NCBI RefSeq assembly: GCF_963921235.1
Contig: NC_086097.1
Coordinates: 163,992,001 to 164,056,000 of the forward strand
Source of the DNA: Mobula hypostoma
Lineage: Eukaryota
Length of the DNA: 64,000 bases
Direction: 5' to 3'
The notes beneath the pieces were generated by a model. That model had not been told where the DNA came from. It was given only the letters and a program-made list of their open reading frames with translations, and did not search any database. The position numbers were made by a program, and so were the translations under genes. Shown one piece after another: positions 39,478-51,035 of this stretch (positions within the stretch are counted from its first letter, which is position 1; every line of letters starts with the position of its first letter).

Positions 39478-40148
39478 GGAAGAGAAGATGGCGGTGCGAC
39501 GCAGCATGCGCGGCTGCTCCGAATTGATATCGTATTTGTTAAGTAGGGGCCGTGCACAATCCTGATTTGATGGAGATGGACATGAGAAGCACAGAGGAAC
39601 ATCTGGAGAAACTTCTGAAATGCCCGCTTCGCTGCCACCGCTACGGTGCAATCGAGAATCTCCAGAGGGGAAGGCCCCAAATCCTCGGCTTTGCCTGTTG
39701 CCGGGGCCGGGGCGAAGCACTCGGCAGAGATGGTGCTCAGTGTCGGAGGGCTAGTCGGAGGCTCGAAGTTTTCCAACAGACTCAGAGTCGGTCTGTGGTC
39801 AGGTGCTTCCAGGATGCTGCATCGGCAAGTTTGTGGCGCTGGAAGCTCATGGCAGGGAGAGTTTCTCCCTTCAACCGTCTGCATGAGATGATAGGACTTT
39901 TGAGAGACTTTGAGATTTTTGTTTTTACCGTGCCCATGGTCTGTTCTTCATCAAATTACGGTATTGCTTTGCACTGTTGTAACTATATGTTATAATTATG
40001 TGGTTTTTGTCAGTTTTTTTTAGTCTTGGTTTGTCTTGTGTTTCTGTGATATCATTCTGGAGGAACAGATGGTATCATTTCTTAATGCATGCATTACTAA
40101 ATGACAATAAAAGAGTACTGCGTGTCCTCATAATCTAATCTAATCTAA
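39478..40148 (+). mobile_element. Non-coding, CpG-rich short retroelement (probable non-autonomous LINE derivative)
   Basis: Begins aagatggcgg, has a GC/CpG-rich 5' half and a T-rich Rex1-like 3' UTR, AATAAA near 40107 and an (atcta)n tail. No RT motifs. Confidence 0.65.
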
Positions 40149-40279
40149 GCTATAAATTTAGATTTTTTGTGTTGTCGTCATATAGTATGGAAACATTGGC
40201 CCAACTGTTTGAATGCCCATCCAAGCTGGCACATATTGGGACCCATGTTTTCCCTATTTCTATGGAACTCTTGCTATTC

Positions 40280-41615
40280 TTTATTTCTATAAATGATTTG
40301 GATGCAAATGCACAAGGCTTGATCAGTTATGGAAGTGGCATATGATTTTCAACACAGATAAATGTGAGGTGATGTATTTTGGAAAGCCAAACCAGTGTCG
40401 GACTTTTATTAAGGAAGGCAGAGTACTATGGAGTGCAATGGAACAAAGGGACCTAGGAGTTTTTGAAAGTAGCATCACAGGTAGACAGGGTGGTTACAAA
40501 GGTGTTCAGCAAGCTGGTCACCATCACTCAGGGCACTGAGTATAGGAGTCCAGACGTTATGCTGCAGTTGTATTAGTCATTAGTGAGGTCACATATGGAG
40601 CACTGTGTACAGTTTCGGTCACCCTGTTATAGGCAAGACATGGTTAAACTAGAAAGAGCGCAGAAACAGTTTACAACGATGTTGCCAGGACTATAGCTCC
40701 TGAGTTATAAGGAAAGGTTGGCCAGGGTACATATTTATTCCTTGGAATGTAGGAGAATGAGAGGCAAACTTACTGATGTGTTTAGAATAGTGAGGGGCAT
40801 AGGTAACGTGTATGGTAACAGTTTTGCCCAGGGTAGGGGAGTCCATAGCTAGGGTGTACAAGTTTAGGGTGAGAGAGGAAAGACTTAGAAGGTACCTGAA
40901 GGGCAGCTTTTTCATGCAGAGTATATGGAATGAGCTGCTAGAAGAAATAGTTGAGGCAGGTACAATAGTGTCATTTAAGGAGCACTTGGAAAGATACATG
41001 GAAGAGTGGGGCTTGGAGGGATATGAACCAAACACAGGAAATTGGCACTTATGAATCAAGAACTTATGAATCTCTGCCTTAATTACACCCGATGACTTGG
41101 CCTGTAGCCCTCCATGGCAATGCATTCCATGTATGCACCACCACCTGGCTGAGGAAATTCTCCTCATCTCAGTTCTGAACTCCTAATAGACCCTCCATTG
41201 GATTCCATTAGGCTCTCCTAGGGAGCTAGGGCTTTACTCTTTGGAGAGAAGGAGGATGAGAGGAGACATGATAGAGGTATACAAGATATTAAGAGGAATA
41301 GGTAGAGTGGACAGCCAGTGCCTCTTTTCCAGGGCATCACTGCTCAATACAAGAGGACATGGCTTTAAGGTGAGGGGTGGGAAGTTCAAGGGGGATATTA
41401 GAGGAAGGTTTTTTACTTAGAGAGTGGTTGGTGCATGGAATGCACTGCCTGAGTCTGTGGTGGAGGCAGATACACTAGTGAAATTTAAGAGACTACTAGA
41501 CAGGTATATGGAGGAATTTAAGGTGGGGGGTTATATGGGAGGCAGGGTTTAAGGGTCGGCACAACATTGTGGGCTGAAGGGCCTGTACTGTACTGTACTA
41601 TTCTATGTACTATGA
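40280..41615 (+). mobile_element. Cluster of CR1 fragments (40280-41050 +, about 41055-41180 -, 41210-41615 +)
   Basis: FNTDKCEVMYFG, decayed VRSHMEHCVQF and FFT-RVVGAWNALP motifs; (tgtac)n-like tail near 41590. Confidence 0.78.
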
Positions 41616-41944
41616 AACATGCCTTCCCCATCATCTTTATCCAAACTAACTTTCAGAGTTGTCAAAGCCAGTGATAGAACTTACACTTCAATACTCTAAC
41701 AATCATACATTTGAGTCCAAAAAAAAATCACCATGACTCTATCTTCATAGAGTTACTGTATCTTGGGAGATGCTGGATAAACATCGCAGAACAAACACAA
41801 TGATTAGAACTGGCCCAAGTATTACTCCTATTGAGGATAGTATCAACTAAATTCTGCACCTCAGGCCAGTGGATAATGTTTTTCTAATTGTTATATGAAT
41901 GAATATTGAGCAGTTTTGAAGGAATTGTGATGTTATCAGAGATG

Positions 41945-42260
41945 TGGTCTCTGATGTCAGCTCCAGTGATCCAGGTTTGAGCCTATCCTTGGGTGTTATC
42001 TATATGGAAGGTGCACATCAATCTTTGATTACAGAGATTTTCATACCATCCTTTGGTTTCCACCCACATCTCAAGCATATGGTGGTAGGTTAATTAACCT
42101 CCATAGATTCCCCTTCTGTAGATGAGTGGGAAAGGAATCAAAGGGTTTTAGAAAGAGAATAAGATGCAAGGGTACAGGAAAGTGAAGGCGGGTGGCCCTG
42201 GTGGTTCCGCTGGGGAAATAGCATGGAATGAAGGGCTCCTTGTGTGTCTTTGGAAATAGA
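41945..42260 (+). mobile_element. Diverged HE1/V-SINE-like SINE
   Basis: cagctccagtgatccaggtttgagcc head; tggtttccacccacatctcaa..ggtaggttaatt core. Confidence 0.55.
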
Positions 42261-42874
42261 TGGTAACAACAGAGAGTGAATGATGACAAAAGAATTATTT
42301 ATTCCCAGGTTCCACTAAGACAACATCATAGTCACTCCCTTGCTCACATCATCTTTGATCACTAAAATGTGTTCTCAACAACAAAAGAAGGCTCCTGATT
42401 CATTAGACTGTCACCTATTGAATGTCAAAAAGTGTGTCATTGCCAGCACGTGCCATGGCAGATATGGCAGTAGGTAGCTCCATTCTGGTTGATGTGTGGT
42501 TGCATTGTTATTGAGTGATTAACTTGGTTCTGCCATGTGAAATTATTGGAACTTAATCTGTTGCAGATCAGTGGAAAACTGCAGGATTTTGGCACTGTCA
42601 TCTTACTAATGCATAAATACACTTTATTTATTTTTGGTAGTGTTCATCAAAGTGAAGGATGAGTGTAAGTGCTAAAGAAATGGGATTTCTTACCCATTGA
42701 ACAAAATGATTCTGCACGGCCAACAAAATGCATTGCCATGTGTGCCTCGACCCCATCAGCCGGGATACCAAGAATCTCCTGCCCCCCCCCCACTACATCA
42801 AGATTTTCCATTTTGCCCCACACTGAGGGACATTGTCAATGAAAGAAAACCAATGCCAGTCCCTGAATTACCCT

Positions 42875-43322
42875 GATGCTGTCTGCGTGGAGTTTGCATG
42901 TCTTCCCAGTGATTATATGGATTTCCTCTAGGAGCTCTAGTTTCATTCCATATCTCAAAAATCTGCAGACAGTGAGGTTAATCATTATTCTTCTTCTACC
43001 CCATCATCCTGGTTGGCTGACAGTAGTTCACAAGAGTACCCTATCCTGAGCCAGTTTTTCACATTGTCTCCAAGTGTGCCCCATCTTCTCGGTGCATCCT
43101 TCCTCTCCCAGGGACGAGAACTTTGCAGCTTCTGTAGCACTGGGTTGGAATCGCCCATAGCAGAGTCGAATGGTACATGGGTGAGTAGCAGAATATGGAG
43201 GGAGCTGGTAGGAATGGGGGGAGTATAAGAAGTGTCTAAATGTCAGATTAATGTAAATGGATGGGTGATGGTCAGTACAGACTTAGTGACCTGAAGAGCC
43301 TGTTTCTAACCGTATCTCTCAA
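42875..43322 (+). mobile_element. HE1/V-SINE-like SINE split by a ~160-bp insert (about 42988-43145)
   Basis: gctgtctgcgtggagtttgcatgtcttccc core; CR1-like tail gacctgaagagcctgtttct..tatctctc. Confidence 0.6.
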
Positions 43323-46300
43323 TGACAGTTGGGAAGAATTTCTCTTCCTTCAGCTTGTCTAAAGCCTGGGTAATTTTGAACAGCTTTCAACGATCTCTGC
43401 CAGAGGATGAGCTGCACCAGCTCCTCCGATCCCTCCATACAGCTGAAACCCCTCATCCCGGACCATTCTGCTCAATATTTTCTGCACTCGGTGCAGGGCC
43501 TTTATGTTCTCCTGGAAGTGCAGTGAATAAAGCTATTCAGTTGGGTAATTTCGGGTTAAGTAGGAAGGAGCAGAAGTAAGTCTTTCTTACTTTTGTACGC
43601 ATATTTAAATATTTTTTCATTGTGTCCTGTTAAACTTTGAAATATTTTGTGTCAAATTATTAAATTAGCTTCATTTGTTCACACTATACAATATCATCAT
43701 TCTGTTTTGTTTGACAAAGCATTTAATTTTTATTACAGCAGCTAAATTGCCACTGATAAGTCTAATTATCCCCAGCCTTTCCCTTGTATGCACAGAGATC
43801 ACTCATTTGTTCCAAAATTAATTTGACAGGCTAAACTACATACAGCTGGACAATCACCTTGCACTGAATTATTTTGTATTGCTAAATGAGTGGCTACACT
43901 CATGTTGTCTGTTTTATGCCAATGCTGTCAGGATATCATCACATGCTCCTCAAAATGATCTGCACCGCATCTGTCATTGGCCATCCTGTGTGGTGCACAT
44001 TCACCACAGTGATGTGTAAAGCACAGGAACCCGTCTTATTGTCTGACATTCCCCTTGCTTCACATGCACCATTTAACATCCATTGTCATTGCATTCCTAT
44101 TTACACATTCGCCTAGAAAATTAAAACATTAGCATGACACTATTGTCCCAACCCCTCCATTGACCCACATTTGGTCAATACAACCCAAACACTAATGGTA
44201 TAATATTGTCATTAATGGTAAAATAGTGACAGGCCATTATCTGTTCTTTCAACCATTTATTAAGAATATTAATCAAGGTTTTCAAGGTGGAATTGGATGG
44301 CATGAAAAGAAGATGCTTTGCAGGGCCTTGAGCAAAGAGCATGGGCGTGGGACTGATCATTTCCCTCCCTGAGAAGCTGGCTTAGAGTTGATGAGCCAAA
44401 TGACCTTTTAGAGGATAATATAATTGGGTGATAATTCTCTGCGGATATATTTTTCTCTGCAGAATTTGTCAGGACAAACCTAGGCGGTTTTCCATATTGT
44501 TGGTTAGATTGTTGTAATTGTATGTGAACGGCCAGCAAGGCAGTTTTTCATCCCACCTACTAGGATGTTATTGCGTCCCATTAGCCCTGCCATGCCCAGT
44601 ACACTGAGCTACTGTTCTTCTTAATGGCACACTGAGTGTATAAACAATGCTGGGTGAAGGGATGGACATCAGGTGTTGGGCAAGTAGAATCAATCATTCA
44701 GCTCCGTAAACTAAGAAAAGCTCCAAATGGGACAGTCTTGTTCTTTGTTGATCTCTACCTTCACCAGGATCCACAATGTTCTTGGAACTTCTCTCCTGAA
44801 TGCAATGAAGCTACTGTCAGAGCCACCTATGCTATTTGATTAGACCAACACTATTATGATTCTGTGCACATCATCAGATAATGAAAGGCACGTCTGATTC
44901 CATTTTCTGAAAAAAAAGATAGCAAAGAAGATAGAATTAAAAGGCATTTAAAACCCTGTAAACCTTGACCCCAATCAAACAGAATCAAGCATGAAATATT
45001 CCACTGGTCCTTGCAGTGGGATTTGGGTGATTATAGAAAATGTTCCTTTAGTAGCCTGTACTGTATGCTTTTCCCAATCCATTTAAAATCTAAAAGACAA
45101 TTACCTCGCTGCTCTGAAAGTGAGCATGTAGGGATCAGGCAGTATCAGTGTTCTAGACCTTTAAAAATAGGAAGACAGCAGGGACATAGAATATCCTCTG
45201 GTGAGTTAATGCTGCATGTTCTGGAGATCAATGGCAGTGATATGTGAGAGGCTCAATGATTAACATTAAAAGCCAGAAATTAGATTTAAATGCTCTTCTT
45301 CAACCATTGAAATTGAAACAAAGTCCTTTTCTGTCAAAGTATATCAAAAACAAATCTGTTTTCCAGGTCACAATTCAGTCAAGGCCGTATCAAAACCAGA
45401 TAATTGGTTGTCAGCTCTTAATCTGAATAGTGAAGTAGATCTGGCAGGACATTGTTGCAGTATCTAATTGGTGTCAGCCTGGATCACAGGATCTCTCTTG
45501 AGAAATTAATTTGGTTTACCAAGCGCATTATCTGTTGCTAGTAATTTTTGTCATTCAGGTTCCTTCCACTTTTGGAGAGTGTTGAAGAGAAGGGAAAGAA
45601 CCTTTTTGATAGCTAGATTCTGCAATGTAAAGGGGTGAAGTTAAAATAAAAGTAACCAGCCAAGTGTATCTTCTGGCATCTGAGCAGTTCTGGAAAGAGA
45701 TGGATAAGGTTTTCAGGTAATGATATGGCTGGTAGGTCTCAGCAGGTTTGAACATTTGCTACTAATTCATGCACTTCCTTTGTGTTGTTTGTTCTTTGTC
45801 TAATTATGCATGCATTCTTTCTCTTCAGGCAGTTTTCAGGTATGGACAAAAACCATCAGAGTCACCAGTACTAAATTTTGAACCAGGAAGAGACACTGTG
45901 GTTCCGCATCCTAGTTTCCTCATTTTAGTGGATCATACACTTAATACAACATGATGAAAGGGATAGTGAGTTGTACTTACATTATGTTTGAGAACATTGT
46001 TTAACAGAATTTACCGGCAAGTTGGAAAGAGAGATAGGAGAGTGGATGCAAAGGTTTGGTTAAAGAGATGGTTAAAGTACAATTTAAAGATCCATGAGAG
46101 ACAGAGAACACATAGGAAGGAAGTGGATAATGCAGACACTCTGCCAGTGGAGAGGTGAACAAAACTAGAGGAGAGCAGACATTGCAGAGGATTATAACAG
46201 TGAAGAAAAATACAGTAAAATTTAAATTATTATTGTGTAAGCATGTCAGGTAGCCACAGTAAATACTGCCAAAATCCAGCAATGAAGCGGAGAAGCAATT

Positions 46301-47108
46301 ACTTTGCGGTCAAGTAATAAATGTTGGGCAAAGCATTTAGAAAACAGTTGAAAGAAAATTTATTATCAAAGTACATATAAGTCACCATATACACCTCTGT
46401 GATTAATTTCCTTGCCGGCATTCACAGTAAATACAAGAAGCACAATCAAATGAAAGAAAGACTGAACCCAACAGGATGGACAAACAACCTGTGTGGGAAA
46501 GATAACAAATGATGCAAATACAAAAATAAATTATAATAATAAATACCCACAACTGGAAAGATACTGGCAGTGATCATATTCACAATTATTGGTATTAATA
46601 ATTTACTTGCTTTCATGCGTACCTTTTAATATGTCTCAACAATTTTCTTAAAAATCCTAAAAGTGTGCCCGAATTTTTGACAGAAAGTAAAACGTATCAC
46701 TTACCGAAAGGAGAAACCACAAATGATCCATCCCATTACTTGTTTACAAACTATATATGAAATCACATCTCACAACTCATTTCCACTCACTTAGATAACC
46801 AGAATGTACTTAGAGAAGGGCAGAAAGGATGCCATAAGGATATGAAAGGATGGAAAGAACAACTGATAATAGATTCTATAATTCAAAATCAAGCTTGCTA
46901 AAAAAAATGGAAATCTTTCATGTTGCTAAATTAACTACCAAATAGCATTAGGTTCTGTCTCACACTCATGGTTAATAGAAGTTCTTAATATATATAAATT
47001 CCAGCTGATACTTATGAAATTCCTTCAACGTCTGATGAAGCATTGGAATATATAATCACCCTATCTATTATCAACCAGAAAAAATAACAACCACTGTAAT
47101 CAAAATAA

Positions 47109-47501
47109 TAGACGATAGACAATAGGTGCAGGAGTAGGCCATTCGGCCCTTCGAGCCAGCACCTCCATTCACTGTGATCATGGCTGATCATCCACAATCA
47201 GTATCCAGTTCCGGCCTTATCCCCATAGCCTTTGATTCCGCTATCTTTAAGAGCTCTATCCATCTCTTTTTTGAAAGCATCCAGAGACTTGGCCTCCACA
47301 GCCTTCTGGGGCAGAGCATTCCATACATCCACCACTCTCTGGGTGAAAAAGTTTTTTCTCAACTCCGTTCTAAATGGCCTACCCCTTATTCTTAAACTAT
47401 GGCCTCTGGTTCTGGACTCACCCATCAGCGGGAACATGCTTCTTGTCTCCAGCGTGTCCAATCCCTTAATAATCTTATATGTTTCAATAAGATCCCCTCT
47501 C
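47109..47501 (-). mobile_element. Young CR1 3' fragment nested in the R4/Dong element
   Basis: ORF 47198-47542 (RGDLIETYKI..FFTQRVVDVWNALP). 5-bp TSD aataa (47104-47108, 47502-47506); removing the insert restores IKINQG in the host. Confidence 0.92.
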
Positions 47502-48575
47502 AATAAACCAAGGCTTCTTCCAACGTGACTCTGTAAGTCCACAATGGCTTTCTTTAAACCTGCTCTCTAAATGACTGAATCAGATGAAAATTGGATATCA
47601 AATTAGAAGCAACTATGCAAATTATATCTTAACACACATTCTATACATAGACGATTTAAAATTATGCATTCCTTCATCAGTAAAGCTAAAGCAATGAGTT
47701 CAAATAGTCAAACTTTTTTAAAGATAGAAACATGAACTTCGGACTAGATAAGTGCAGAATATTAAACATAAAGAAAGGTGCAATGGAGCTAGTAGAATAA
47801 AAAACAGAGCAGAAAGTTACAATACAACTGATGAATGAATATGAAATATATAAGTATCTGGGATATCAACAAGGAAAGGAAATAGATCATAGTGTAATAA
47901 AGGGAAAGCTTTTGACAGAATTTACTTCAAGGCTTAAGAAAGTCTGTCAAACAGAGCTCAATAGCAAAAATATTACAAAGGCAATAAACACTTCTGCTTT
48001 GCCCATATTAACATGTTCTTTTGGCATAACATCTTTATCCAAAATTGATCTGGAAAATTTATACAGGAAAATAAAAACAGAAATGACAAATTTTAGAAAA
48101 CACTATGTGCACTCGAACACACTTAGATTAACACTACCTAGGACAGAAAAAGGAAGAGGAATAACAGACATTAAAAATTTACACAACAGTCAGATAAAAC
48201 TTTTAATGATACGTTTTGATCAATGAAAACAGAATTCAGCACCCCATGTGAGCATATGCAATTCTGATAAGAAGTACACACCACTAAACGTAAATGAAAG
48301 CACAGCCCAGAAAAATGAAGGAATTATCACTACAGAAGAAAAAATTAATCAATAGAAGAGCCTGGCTCTTATAAATAGAGCAATTCCAAACACACATAAC
48401 ATACAGAAATCAATAAGTGAAGAACAGCAGAAATATGCTGAATTAAGAGGAAATAGAAAGACTATGGAACATAAGCAGGGTATACATTGCCCCATTAGTA
48501 ATTTCTTCAACTGGTATCATCCCAAAGACACAACATAATAGCATTAAACAATTAGGCCTACACAGCAATATGTAT

Positions 48576-48729
48576 ACAACAGGAATACTGCAGATGCTGG
48601 AAATTCAAGCAACACACATCAAAGTTGCTGGTTGTCCTGACGAAGGGTCTCGGCCTGAAACATCGACTGTACCTCTTCCTAGAGAGGCTGCCTGGCCTGC
48701 TGCGTTCGCCAGCAACTTTGATGTGTGTT
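48576..48729. mobile_element. 154-bp Penelope-derived mini-insert
   Basis: 14-bp TSD acagcaatatgtat (48562-48575, 48730-48743). Composed of antisense + sense pLTR pieces with a perfect 21-bp inverted repeat (48611-48631 / 48709-48729). Confidence 0.9.
48634..48667 (+). ncRNA. Minimal type I hammerhead ribozyme-like motif
   Basis: gtc-CTGACGA-agggtctcggcct-GAAA-ca-TC-gac: both core boxes intact, short stems I and II, vestigial stem III. Activity not demonstrated. Confidence 0.65.
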
Positions 48730-50699
48730 ACAGCAATATGTATGTAGATTTTCAGAAAGCCACAATACTAAATACCACTGGAATAGTCTGAAAGTTCCTA
48801 GCAATGAGAAATGAGTGTTTGGCTATGCCCGTACCTCCAATTTTACCAGCTTGAGCTGAGAAATGTTTAAAATAAAATAATAATGATAATAATAACAACA
48901 ACATAATAAATAAATATACAGTAAATATTGGGAACATGAGATAAAGACTCCTCGAAAGTAAGTCCATAGGTTGTGCAAACAGTTCTGTGATTGGAGCAAG
49001 TGAAGTTGAGTGAAGTTATCCCCAATGGTTCAAAAGCCTGATGTTTGAGGACTTGAACCCATTAGTTCCTGATTCAGAGGTATGGTTGATAGCATTTGAA
49101 TTCACCAATCATTTCATTGCTTCCTTTCTTAATAACATTTGCCCAGAATCACCTGACACTTCACATTGCTGTAATCGAAATGCACTACTTTTTTAAAAAA
49201 GTCACAAAATTTTGCACCTTAGCCAAGCTTATTTCCAGTTCTCATTTAATTGGATCTGTCCATTTAAATAACTTAAAATAAGTAGAGATCGTGATGTAAC
49301 CAGAGGCAATCTCAAAATAATTGCAAATTCCAATTAATTTATTACTCCTTATGGTTTATATTTTTAAGAGAAGTGATTTTATGCTCTATAAAAGTTCAGG
49401 TACTTTTCACATTGTGCTGCCTAACTGCAGCAGATTGTGCAGAATGATATTCCATTCACCTTTGCAAATTTCCTTCACTTCTGCCCTTAGCTTTTTCAGT
49501 CCGGCTCCAATACTCACCCCGGTACTATTTTCGGTTGTGTTTGTTGTACCTCTTCCACAACAATATTATTCTTTTAATTATAAATGTAATGCCGGAACAT
49601 TTCAGGTTAATTGCACCTAGTACTGGGGAATAACATAATGATTCAATCAATATATATTCTATAATAATCCTTGCAAGCTGATGTATTTTATAGAAATAAT
49701 AATGACAGCAGTTGAAACGTGACTCTCACAATTCACCCTATGGACACTGAGAGCAGGGAAATGTCACCATAATTTCCATGAAGTGACGGAGTGGAATAAG
49801 AAGACAAAGATCACAGGAATGCAAACACAGAAGAAGTCCAGTCAGCTCATTATACTCGTGCTGCCGATGGCTTCTCTCTTGCAGCTATCTAGGAAAGTCC
49901 CAGTTTTCTGGTTTTCAGCCAACCCCAGAAATGAATAGGTAAAACTATATAGCTGATATTTTGGAAGCAAAGGTAACAGGGTTGAGTGCATAGTTGGTCT
50001 GCAGGCATTCTATTTTTAAAATAGTGTGCTTAAAGGCTGTGCCTGCAGTGGTACACAGTTTATTCCAGAATGGCCAGTAGCTATGCTTATTAAAATGAGT
50101 GAAGTTGTATTACCCATAATGCTTGCAGGGAACTACTGTCTGAAGTGCCAGAAAGTTTTTCTAAACTTTTGCTCTCAAACCTTTACACCACCTTCAAGGC
50201 CCAAGGCAGGAGTGTGCTGTGATGCTTTCCACTTGCCTGGATGAGTGCAGCTTCAAGAATACTCAAGAAGCTTGACACCTCCAAACAAAAGCAACCTTCT
50301 TGCTGGCCCTGTCTGACGCACCCTAAACAGTCATTATTTCCTATTGCTTCATTGTGGCTGAATTGTGCACCACCTCCACAATGCACTATAGATATTTGAT
50401 TGGCTACTCTGATAGAGGACTTGAATCACCGAGGCAAAGAAGGCTATGAGCAAAGACCTTAGAGAGGGAATGAATATGAATGAGTGTCCATTGGTCAGTG
50501 GGGAAATGATGGGCCAACTGTCCTGTTTCCATGCTGTGTGACACTACAGTATGACTCTACAAGAACCTCTCAAATACACAAGCTCTGTCACTAAAGGCTT
50601 CAGGAACAATGGATCATCACTAACTCCTATTTTCCCTCCAAGTCACACACCATCCCATCTTGGAAGTATATCAGCAGTCCTTCAATGTCAATATAGGCT

Positions 50700-51035
50700 A
50701 TAGACTCAGACAGCTCCATCAAAGGCATATCCCTCCCCACCATTGAGAACATCTTCAAGAAATGGTACCTCAGAGCAGTAGCATCCATCACCATCTGGGC
50801 ATGCCATCTTCTTGCTACTACATTCGAAGAGAAGGCCCAAAGGACTGAAAACCCACATTCAAAGATTCAAGGGCAGCTTCTTCCCTCCATTGTCAGATTT
50901 CAGGATGGTCCATGCACACTACCTCGATATTCTTTTTTTAATATGTGTTTATTTTTGCATTTTTATGTCTTTGCACTGTACTACTGCTGCAAAACAACAA
51001 ATTTAACATCATATTAGTCAATGATCTAAATCCTG
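50700..51035 (+). mobile_element. Old Rex1/Babar 3' fragment
   Basis: ctccccaccattgagaacatcttc..aaaacccacattcaaagattcaagggcagcttcttccc plus 3' UTR; a similar copy lies at about 60230-60660. Confidence 0.65.

Larger units (their letters stand above)
46547..48870 (+). mobile_element. Degenerate, 5'-truncated R4/Dong (Rex6-like) RLE retrotransposon
   Basis: Decayed NWK..G.D.IHNYWY, EFLTE..TYHLPK, QKGC..KEQLIIDS, HSWLIEVL, IKINQGFFQRDSVSP, FYIDDLKL, FGLDKC, YKYLG, KNITKAINT, LTLPRTEKGRG; RLE-like IPNTHN..E..QKYAEL and QKATIL. TAA-rich sequence on both sides. Confidence 0.82.

Noticed and set aside
39451..39995. Overlapping 80-147 aa ORFs on both strands
   Set aside because: By-product of a GC-rich repeat; no domain motifs or splice structure.
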